A DNA stretch of 64,000 nucleotides from Thermoanaerobaculum sp. (GTDB lineage: Bacteria > Acidobacteriota > Thermoanaerobaculia > Multivoradales > UBA5704): contig JAJKHS010000104.1 of assembly GCA_021154885.1 (NCBI GenBank), forward strand, positions 1,410-65,409, in the 5' to 3' direction. Below the pieces are notes generated by a model. The model saw nothing but the letters and a program-made list of their open reading frames with translations. It had not been told where the DNA came from and made no database searches. Positions 51,516-59,219 of the stretch are shown one piece after another (the first letter of the stretch is position 1; each line of letters opens with the position of its first letter). Both the position numbers and the translations under genes were made by a program.

Positions 51516-51560
51516 TTACGATCTCATTTCTGACACAACGTTCGTATCGACGACGATCAT
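51516..51560 (-). pseudogene. Remnant of a PIN/VapC toxin N-terminus
   Basis: MIVVDTNVVSEMRS followed by a stop matches the PIN start motif DTNVxSE. Confidence 0.55.
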
Positions 51561-51579
51561 GCGTTGCGAGCCGCCGAGA

Positions 51580-51917
51580 GGAGCGGCGGCGTCGGCATGC
51601 AGGCCGTGCAGCTCGCCCGCCTCGACGGCGGCCGGGTGATCGCCGTCACCTCCAGCGCGGCCAAGGCCGACATCCTCTTCGAGGCCGGCGCGCACGAGGT
51701 GATCGTCAGCCCCGACCTCGGTTTTTCCAAAGCAGTCCGCCGCGTCACCGGCGGCCAGGGAGTGGACCTCGCCCTGGAGATCGTGGGCAGCCTCACCTTC
51801 GGCCAGACGCTCAAAGCCCTGGCACCCGTCCTGCCCCTCGCCGACGCCGCCCACGCCCACGACCGGCTGGAAAAAAGAGAAGTCGCCGGCCGGCTGGTGC
51901 TCGCGCCGGTGCACTGA
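51580..51917 (+). pseudogene. MDR-family (zinc-binding dehydrogenase/quinone oxidoreductase) remnant 1
   Basis: SGGVGMQAVQLA...GQGVDLALEIVG...LADAAHAHDRLE..GRLVL. Lacks the N-terminal half and has an internal deletion. Confidence 0.72.
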
Positions 51918-52063
51918 GGGAGGAGCTGTAAAAGGTCGGGGCGGACCGGGCCGATGGATGGGCGCGCAACGGGTATTCCCTTAGATCGAGAATTGTGTTA
52001 AAATTTGCTCCTAAACTCCTGCCGATCATCGGCGACTCGGAGTCACCCACGGGAGACCCTCGA

Positions 52064-52312
52064 ATGAAAACGCGTCTCAAAAAGCTCCAGTTGCATCGCG
52101 AGACCCTTCGCAACCTCGGGGCCACGCAACTCCGGGTCGCGAATGGCGGAACCGTCTATAACGTCAGCGAGTTCGAAACCCAATGCCCGGGCCTCTGCCA
52201 GACTGGTAATGGTATTTGCGGCCCAGTCAATACCGGGCCCTTCATGGGAGGAGGTTGCCCTTCCTACAGCGACTGTGCCGGCCACTGTACCTTCGCATCC
52301 TGCGATTGTTGA
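52064..52312 (+). CDS. Orphan RiPP (lanthipeptide-like) precursor with double-Gly leader and 8-Cys core
   Basis: Leader MKTRLKKLQLHRETLRNL...VANGG. The core is rich in Cys/Ser/Thr/Gly and ends CTFASCDC. Confidence 0.7.
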   Translation: MKTRLKKLQLHRETLRNLGATQLRVANGGTVYNVSEFETQCPGLCQTGNGICGPVNTGPFMGGGCPSYSDCAGHCTFASCDC

Positions 52313-52349
52313 TCAGGGACTCGGGAACAGCATCTAGCGCGGGCGCTGC

Positions 52350-52500
52350 CCAGACGCTCAAAGCCCTGGCACCTGGAGGGCGCCTCGTCACCGTGGGCAA
52401 CCTGGAGACGGGGATCGTGGACCTGAACTCCGGCCTCGTCATCGTCAAGGAGCTGGAGATCCTGGGCGCCGGCCGGCTGGTGCTGGCGCCGGTGCACTGA
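52350..52500 (+). pseudogene. MDR-family remnant 2
   Basis: QTLKALAPGGRLVTVGN...KELEILGA joined to GRLVLAPVH. Shares 24-bp and 40-bp direct repeats with remnant 1. Confidence 0.7.
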
Positions 52501-52575
52501 GGGAGGGGATAGAGCCGCCGAGGATCTCCCCGGAGCCGCCGTTCCCTGGTATACTTCGTCAGGGAACAAATTCTC

Positions 52576-52752
52576 TTGGGACAACACGACCTCAGCTACC
52601 GTCTCTTCTTCAGCCATGTCCGCATGGTCTGCGACCTCCTGCGCGAGATCGTCGGCGAGGCCTGGGTGGAGCTCATCGACTTCGGCTCGGCGGAGCGGGT
52701 TGGAGTGGGAAAGCGGCGCGCGTCGGAGTCGCCCGCCTCAAGGAACACGTAG
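52576..52752 (+). pseudogene. Truncated Rpn-family (recombination-promoting nuclease / Transposase_31) fragment
   Basis: From TTG at 52576 it reads GQHDLSYRLFFSHVRMVCDLLREIVGEAWVELIDFGSAERV, then unrelated sequence and an early stop. Confidence 0.7.
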
Positions 52753-52834
52753 GGCTTGAGGAAACGGGGTTGCGACGGACGTCTTCAGCGGCTAGAGAGC
52801 CTGCGCGGCAGAAAAGCTCGTAGGCAGCGTTGGT

Positions 52835-52933
52835 GCAGGACAACAGGGACTTCAGGGACAACAGGGACGTGAAATTAGTCGAAACCGGAGATTTTTCGTC
52901 CCTGCTGTCTCTGGTGTCCCTGCTGTTCCTGTC
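52835..52933. repeat. Repeat family A, copy 3
   Basis: CAGGGACTTCAGGGACAACAGGGAC ... CGTCCCTGCTGTCTCTGGTGTCCCTG. Confidence 0.8.
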
Positions 52934-52964
52934 TTCGGTTTTCTGCCGCGCAGGCTCCTAGAGC

Positions 52965-53195
52965 TCAGCGCCCTCGCCGCGCCTCGGGAGCCACGGCGCG
53001 ATAGAGGCGCCGCCACTGGACCTCGGTCTCCACGTCCGGCCGGATAGCCTGGCAATCATCAGGCACGTCCTTGATCGTCGCGTAATCTTTGCCGCGGAAG
53101 GTGATCGAGCCGTCGCGATGGACCCGGCCGACGACGCCGGTCTCTTTCGCCGCCGGATCGACGAACGGCAGGATGTTCGACCTTGGGTATGCCAT
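52965..53195 (-). CDS. Small hypothetical protein
   Basis: AGGAGG RBS before MAYPRSNILPFVD. 76 aa with genome-typical codon usage. Confidence 0.55.
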   Translation of the reverse strand: MAYPRSNILPFVDPAAKETGVVGRVHRDGSITFRGKDYATIKDVPDDCQAIRPDVETEVQWRRLYRAVAPEARRGR

Positions 53196-53298
53196 CCGGC
53201 GCCCCTCCTGTCTGACCTCCTCCATGGTACACCCGGCCCGGGGATGAGATCCCGGGCGGCCGGTTGCGCGGCCATCGAGGTTCGTCTACCCTCAAAGC

Positions 53299-54816
53299 AT
53301 GACGTTCCTGCGCCGCTCGATCGCCCCGCTCCTCCTCAGCGCTCTCGCCGCCGGCATGACGGCGTCGGCGATTCCGGCGGCCACGGTCCGCCCGAACATC
53401 GTCTTCATCCTCACCGACGACCAGGACCTGGTTCTCGGCTCGATGAGCTACATGCCGCAGACGCGGGCGCTCCTCGCCCAGCAGGGGATGACGTTCACCC
53501 AGGACTTCGTGCCCCTGTCGCTCTGCTGCCCGTCGCGCTCCACCATCCTGACCGGCCTCTACCCGCACAACCACAAGGTCTACACCAACATCGCGCCGGA
53601 TGGCGGCTTCGCCAAGTTCGCGGCCCTGGGCCACGAGGAGAACACCGTGGCCACGGCCCTCCACGCCGCCGGCTACCGCACCGCGCTGTTCGGCAAGTAC
53701 CTGAACGGCTATCCGGACGGCGCGCAGATCAATCACGTGCCGCCGGGCTGGGACGCCTGGGCCAGCCCCGTGGCCGGCGACGCCTACAACAACTTCGACT
53801 ACACCCTCAACGAGAACGGCACCCTCGTCCCATACGGCAGCAGCCCGCAGGACTACCTCATGGACGTGATCGCCGGCAAGGCCACGCGGTTCATCCAGAG
53901 CTCCGCAGCCAAGAATCAGCCGTTCTTCCTCTACCTGGCCGCCTACACGCCGCATAAGCCGTCCGTGCCGGCGCCGCGGCACGCCGCTCTGTTCCCCGGC
54001 GTCAAAGCGCCCCGGACGCCCTCGTTCAACGAGGCCGACGTGAGCGGCAAGCCGGTGAAGATCCAGCATCTGCCGCTCCTCTCCGCCAAGAGCATCGCCG
54101 CCATCGACCAGCTCTACCGCCAGCGGCTGCAGTCGCTCCAGGCGATCGACGAGGCCGTGGCCGCGATCGTCCACACCCTGGAGGCCACGGGCCAGCTCGG
54201 CAACACCTACGTCTTCTTCACCTCGGACAACGGCTACCACATGGGCCAGCACCGTCTGCAGCCGGGCAAGTACACGCCGTACGAGCCGGACGTGCGCGTG
54301 CCGCTCCTGGTGCGCGGCCCCGGCGTCGCGGCCGGCAGCTCCAGCGGCGCGCTGACGGTGAGCGTCGACTTCGCCCCCACGATCGCCGAGCTGGCCGGGG
54401 CGCGCCTGCCGATCGAGCCCGACGGCCGGTCCCTGGTGCCCCTGCTCAACGGCCCGACGCCGGCGGACTGGCGCAAGGTCGTCCTCCTGGAGCAGTTCGC
54501 CTTCAGCCCGCCGGACCATCCGCCCCATAACACCCTCGAGCCCCCGGACCCTCAGGACGCCGGGGTGGTCGAATACCCCTCCCATCTCGGGCTGCGGACG
54601 CCCGGCTTCAAGTACGTGGAGCGCCAGAGCGGCGAGCAGGAGGTCTACGACCTGCGCGCCGACCCCGACGAGCTGAAAAACCTGGCCCGCCGTCGTCTGA
54701 ACGCCACCTGGCTGGGGAAGATGAAGAGCCTCGTCCGCCGGCTGGGAGCCTGCGCCGGCGAGAGCTGCCGCCAACTCGAAGCGCAGCCGGTACCGGCGTT
54801 GCCGGCGGTGCGTTGA
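53299..54816 (+). CDS. Exported Cys-type sulfatase (N-acetylglucosamine-6-sulfatase-like)
   Basis: Signal peptide, RPNIVFILTDDQD, CCPSR (CxPxR), GKYLN and FTSDNGYHMG. Confidence 0.92.
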   Translation: MTFLRRSIAPLLLSALAAGMTASAIPAATVRPNIVFILTDDQDLVLGSMSYMPQTRALLAQQGMTFTQDFVPLSLCCPSRSTILTGLYPHNHKVYTNIAPDGGFAKFAALGHEENTVATALHAAGYRTALFGKYLNGYPDGAQINHVPPGWDAWASPVAGDAYNNFDYTLNENGTLVPYGSSPQDYLMDVIAGKATRFIQSSAAKNQPFFLYLAAYTPHKPSVPAPRHAALFPGVKAPRTPSFNEADVSGKPVKIQHLPLLSAKSIAAIDQLYRQRLQSLQAIDEAVAAIVHTLEATGQLGNTYVFFTSDNGYHMGQHRLQPGKYTPYEPDVRVPLLVRGPGVAAGSSSGALTVSVDFAPTIAELAGARLPIEPDGRSLVPLLNGPTPADWRKVVLLEQFAFSPPDHPPHNTLEPPDPQDAGVVEYPSHLGLRTPGFKYVERQSGEQEVYDLRADPDELKNLARRRLNATWLGKMKSLVRRLGACAGESCRQLEAQPVPALPAVR

Positions 54817-54876
54817 GCGTCCTCTTCGAATAGCACCGCCTGAAAATCGCTCATTCCCGAAAGGTGGGCAGCGTTG

Positions 54877-55142
54877 GCCCCGATGAGGGCAGCCTTGGCC
54901 CCGATCGGGGCAACAATGGCCCTCAGTTGGGCCGCGGCGGCCCTCATCGGGGCAGCCGCTGCCCTCACTTGGGCAACGACTGCCCTCATGAGGGCCATCG
55001 CTGCCCTCACTTGGGCCAAGGCTCCCCTCATGAGGGCTACGGTTCCCCTCACTTGGGCTACGGCTCCCCTCACTTGGGCAGTGGTTGCCCTCATCGGGGC
55101 AGCGGCTGCCCTCATCAGGGCCGAGGCTGCCCTCTCTTCGGG
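54877..55142. repeat. 21-bp minisatellite of 14-bp mini-palindromes with 7-bp variable spacers (12 units plus a partial unit)
   Basis: Unit (G/C)CCC(TCA/CGA)nnnGGGC + N7, exact 21-bp period (54877, 54898 ... 55108, 55129). Confidence 0.9.
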
Positions 55143-55211
55143 AGAGCACCACGAAGACGCCGGAGAGAGCCGTCGTGAAGAAGAGGAGATCCGCGCCGCG
55201 ATGGGCGCGGC

Positions 55212-55679
55212 TCAGGGCTCGGAGGGAGAGTCGCCGTCCCGGCTGAGGGAGACCGCCGCAGTGTCGGGAGAGGCGCCGAGAGTCCCGGCGGCCCCAGGCG
55301 AGGCGGCGGGAGGCTCGGCCGGGAAGGGCATCGCGATCCCCACCCCCTCGGGAGTGGCCCGCGAGCGCCGGCGGATCGGCCGGATGTGGAACCGCACCAG
55401 CACTTCGTTGCGGTGGCCGTAGTGGGAGCGGATCGCGGCGCGGGTCTTGACGATCAGGTCCCGGCCTTGAGCTGTCAGGATCCGCAACTGCTGGGTAACC
55501 GACTGGCGGCGCGCCGTCAGCGAGCTCTGCTCGGCGGCCAGCGCCTTCGTCCCCTGGAGCATGGTCGCGACCTCGTCCCGCAGCGGCCGCAGGTGGGGGA
55601 CGTCAGCCAGCCGTTCGTCTATACCGCTGAGCAGGTTCTCCAGATCTCCGAAAAAATCCGCAAGCGAGTCCTTCGGCAT
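55212..55679 (-). CDS. Hypothetical helical-bundle protein
   Basis: MPKDSLADFFGDLENLL...RSHYGHRNEVLVRFHIRP. Amphipathic helices followed by a low-complexity tail. Confidence 0.65.
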   Translation of the reverse strand: MPKDSLADFFGDLENLLSGIDERLADVPHLRPLRDEVATMLQGTKALAAEQSSLTARRQSVTQQLRILTAQGRDLIVKTRAAIRSHYGHRNEVLVRFHIRPIRRRSRATPEGVGIAMPFPAEPPAASPGAAGTLGASPDTAAVSLSRDGDSPSEP

Positions 55680-55842
55680 GGTCAAGCCCCGGTGGTATCG
55701 AGCCTCTGGAGGCCCAAGGTTTGAGGACGGCGTCGCGATCGAGTGGCCCTATTCTTCTACGAGCCCCGCCTGCGCGTCAAGGTTGGCGATCTCCAGCAGG
55801 TACGGTAAGCTTCACTCAGTCCAGTCCAGGAGGGTGAGCCGC

Positions 55843-58290
55843 TTGCCGGGACCGAAGGTCTTCGTCAGCTACAGCCACAGGGACGAGAAGGCGCTCGAGC
55901 AGCTCCAGCGCTTCCTGCGTCCTCTGGAGCGCGACGGTCTGCTCACCGCCTGGGCGGACACCCGCCTGGAAACGGGCGACGACTGGAAGAAGGAGATCGA
56001 CCAGGCCCTGGCCGAGGCCACGGTCGCCCTCCTCCTGATCTCCCAGGACTTCCTCAACTCCAGGTTCATCACCGAGGAGGAGGTGCCGCGAGTCCTGGCG
56101 CGCGAGGCGTCTGGGAAGATGACGGTCCTCCCCGTTTTCCTGAGCCCCTCCTTTGCGGAGGAGACTGGCTATCCCGACCCGCGCACCGGCGGCCGGAGCA
56201 CGGTCCTGCTGACCAGGTTCCAGGGCTATGGCAAGCCGGATCACCCTCTCTCCGAGCTCGAATGGTCCGCGCGGGACCGGATCTACCTCGAGCTTGCCAA
56301 ACGTCTGCGGACCCTCTCCGGCGTCGCCCCGGCGCCAGGTCCCACAGCCGGCTCCCCGGCATCGCCGGTCGCCCCAGCCTCCTCCGGCCCGGCGCGGGCC
56401 TACGAGCTGACGATACAAATCGAGGAACGCGGGGAGAATCTCCTCGTCACCTATCATCTTCCCGGCCGGGAGCCTCTCGCCTCGGTAAGCCTCCCCAGGG
56501 ACGAGGTGAGAGCGCGGGTCGATCCCATCCAGAGGACGCTCGACACAGCCCTCAACCGCACACTCCTGCAACAGGTTGGAAATTGGGGAGAGATCCTCTT
56601 CGACCTTCTCTTCGGTCCGGTGGAGAGATGGGAGCCGATTCTCCGGGCCGTGTTCGGCAGGTCCGGGGGCACCCCCAGGCCCAATCCCATCTTCGGTCCG
56701 GTCTGCCTGCGCATCCATGCCGAGGAGCCTCGCCTTTCCGGCCTCCCCTGGCGGCTCACCTCCTGGAAGGGCCAGCCGCTCGTCGACGCCGGCTGGACCT
56801 TCACCACCACCCACGTGGTGGACCCCGTCGAGGACCGCCTCACCACGGCCCCGACCAACGTCCTCGTCTTCGCGCCCCTGACCTCCGGCAACGACGGCGG
56901 CCCGCACGATCCGGAGCATGCCCAAGCCGTACGCGACGTCCTGAACAAGGCCTGGCCCACAGGGCGGGACCCTGGCTACGTGCAGACCGCGCGCACCCGG
57001 GCGGAGCTCGAGAAGGGCCTGCGCGACCTGCGGCCCAACATCCTCTATATATACGGGCGTGGAACCGTGGCAGGCGGGCGTCCGAGCCTCCTGTTGGAGG
57101 GGACGCACGGCGCCGAGCCCCTGCCTCTTGCCGAGCTGCGCCGTCTGTTCGCGGAGCATACTCCGGCGGTCCTCTACCTCAACCTGGAAGGACTGACTGA
57201 GGAGGCCGGCGTCACGCCTGATCAGATTCTCGGCGACGACGTTCCGCTCCTCCTCTGGCGAAGGCGGCCTGAATGGTCGGCTGAATCCACGACGGTGGCC
57301 CTGCACTGGCTCAGCCGCTGGCTTACCCGGGGGGAAGACCCCGTCGCCTCTTTTCACCAGGTGCAGCAGGACTCCTTGCCGCCGAGCTGCGAGGCCTACA
57401 CCCTGGCGATTCACTCCAATTACAGGACTTGGCGCACCTCCACGTATCAGGCATCAGCGCAGCGGCACTACCCCTCGCTGCGGCTCGACCGCAACCACCA
57501 GAAGTCCCTGGTGCGCAAGTACCTTGAGGAGCTGGTGCGGAGCGGCAGCCGGCGCGTCATGGCGCTCGTTCCCTACGCGGCCCCCAGCAACTCGATCCCT
57601 TCGCTCTCGGATCAGCTCCGGCACGATCTGGAGCTTTCGCTCAGCCACCTTGCCGAGATCGCCCGGGTGCGGCTCCAGTTTCCGGAAGGCCGATCGAATC
57701 TCCGCCATGACCTGGAAGAGGAGCTGAAGCTCCAGCTTGGCGCCTGGCCGAACGAGCCGGTGCCGTATCTGCTCCGCCGGTACGCTCCCAAAGCCGTGGC
57801 CCCAGGCAAGAAACCGGTGCTCTGGCTGGACTGGGGGGCATTCGGCGTTGCCTCGGGCCTGCAGGCTGAGCTGAAGGATGACGATCTGGAGGCTTGGCTC
57901 CGTTTCTCGAGCGAGTATCTTGGCACTCACTGCCCAGACGACCTGCGAATCGTCTCCTACGTTGCTCTGGAGATTCCCGACGTCAGGTACGAGGAGCTCG
58001 CCTATAAGCTCCAGGCACAGCGGCGCCAGCCCTGGTGCCGGACACCCGTCTTCCGGCTCAGCGAGTTGCCGCCCCTGGGCCAGGTCGCCGAAACGGACCT
58101 CCTGGATTTCTTGGAGGATCCGGCCAACTCGAGCTGCGACCCTGGAATACAAATAGAGATCGCGGAGCGGATCATCACCCGCACGAAAGGCGCCTTCGAG
58201 GAGACCGTGGCCCTCCTCCAGAAAGCCGAGAACGGCTCCTGGTACGATGTGCTCGCGGACCTCCGCCGCGAGCAGGGTGGCACCCCATGA
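55843..58290 (+). CDS. TIR - degenerate CHAT - iSTAND-like protein (first gene of a MoxR-vWA ternary system)
   Basis: TIR ([25 protein letters not shown]). CHAT-like LSGLPW, YIYGRG and YLNLE lacking the His/Cys dyad. C-terminal LDRNHQ...LPPLGQV..DLLDFL resembles iSTAND. Start is TTG 55843 or GTG 55834. Confidence 0.72.
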   Translation: MPGPKVFVSYSHRDEKALEQLQRFLRPLERDGLLTAWADTRLETGDDWKKEIDQALAEATVALLLISQDFLNSRFITEEEVPRVLAREASGKMTVLPVFLSPSFAEETGYPDPRTGGRSTVLLTRFQGYGKPDHPLSELEWSARDRIYLELAKRLRTLSGVAPAPGPTAGSPASPVAPASSGPARAYELTIQIEERGENLLVTYHLPGREPLASVSLPRDEVRARVDPIQRTLDTALNRTLLQQVGNWGEILFDLLFGPVERWEPILRAVFGRSGGTPRPNPIFGPVCLRIHAEEPRLSGLPWRLTSWKGQPLVDAGWTFTTTHVVDPVEDRLTTAPTNVLVFAPLTSGNDGGPHDPEHAQAVRDVLNKAWPTGRDPGYVQTARTRAELEKGLRDLRPNILYIYGRGTVAGGRPSLLLEGTHGAEPLPLAELRRLFAEHTPAVLYLNLEGLTEEAGVTPDQILGDDVPLLLWRRRPEWSAESTTVALHWLSRWLTRGEDPVASFHQVQQDSLPPSCEAYTLAIHSNYRTWRTSTYQASAQRHYPSLRLDRNHQKSLVRKYLEELVRSGSRRVMALVPYAAPSNSIPSLSDQLRHDLELSLSHLAEIARVRLQFPEGRSNLRHDLEEELKLQLGAWPNEPVPYLLRRYAPKAVAPGKKPVLWLDWGAFGVASGLQAELKDDDLEAWLRFSSEYLGTHCPDDLRIVSYVALEIPDVRYEELAYKLQAQRRQPWCRTPVFRLSELPPLGQVAETDLLDFLEDPANSSCDPGIQIEIAERIITRTKGAFEETVALLQKAENGSWYDVLADLRREQGGTP

Positions 58291-59210
58291 ACGATCATAG
58301 CTTCGAGCTGCTGGCCCCCGACGACCGCCGGCCCGAACGCCGGGAGGCCCTGGCGCAGCGCGAAATGCCCGCCAGCCTCGGCAACCATCGCGAGGCGGCT
58401 CGCTTCTTCCAGCCGGACGCCGATCTGGTGGACGCCGTGAACGTGGCACTCGCCGTGGGCGCTCCCCTCCTCCTCACCGGCGAGCCGGGGACCGGCAAGA
58501 CCCAGGTGGCCTTCTATCTCGCCTGGTACTTCGACCTTGCGGATCGCCTCTTCTCCCTCTACGTGCGCAGCACCACCACGGCCGAGGACCTCCTCTATCG
58601 CTTCGACGCTGTGGCCTACCTCCAGGCCGCCAACGATCCGGCTCACCATGGCCAGTCCGTGAACAAAGCGGATTTCGTCGAGCCCGGACCGCTGTGGAAG
58701 GCCTATGACACTCCAGGACCGTCGATCGTCCTCCTCGACGAGATCGACAAGGCGCCGCGCGATTTCCCGAACGACCTGCTGAACGTCCTCGATCAGCACA
58801 CCTTCCACGTACCCGAGACTGGACGACTGGTGAGCCGCGGCGAGGGTCCTCCGCCCATCGTGGTGATCACCAGCAACAGCGAACGCCGTCTGCCCGAGCC
58901 GTTCCTGCGCCGCTGCATCTTTCACCACATCGAATTCACCGAAGATCTGCTCCGCTGCGCGGTCGAGGCCCGGGTGGGCGACTTCCCCAACCTTGCTACG
59001 GACGTGGTGGAGGCGGCTCTCCAGCGCTTCCTGGAGCTGCGAGGGCGCGATCTGCGCAAGAAGCCGGCCACGGCGGAGCTGCTCGTCTGGCTGACCATCC
59101 TCTCGGCACGGGGAAACGTGACCGCGGAGGACCTCCGCGTTCCCTTCAAATCGCTGCCCGCACTCTCGGCTCTGATCAAAGACCGCGACGACCTCGCTCT
59201 GCTGAGCTGA
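58287..59210 (+). CDS. moxR: MoxR-family AAA+ ATPase
   Basis: [38 protein letters not shown] and [17 protein letters not shown]. Confidence 0.92.
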   Translation: MNDHSFELLAPDDRRPERREALAQREMPASLGNHREAARFFQPDADLVDAVNVALAVGAPLLLTGEPGTGKTQVAFYLAWYFDLADRLFSLYVRSTTTAEDLLYRFDAVAYLQAANDPAHHGQSVNKADFVEPGPLWKAYDTPGPSIVLLDEIDKAPRDFPNDLLNVLDQHTFHVPETGRLVSRGEGPPPIVVITSNSERRLPEPFLRRCIFHHIEFTEDLLRCAVEARVGDFPNLATDVVEAALQRFLELRGRDLRKKPATAELLVWLTILSARGNVTAEDLRVPFKSLPALSALIKDRDDLALLS

Positions 59211-59219
59211 GAGACGCCC

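Noticed and set aside
54877-55142. Possible CRISPR array
   Set aside because: Repeats are 14 bp and degenerate, spacers only 7 bp, and no cas genes or leader are present. It is a minisatellite.
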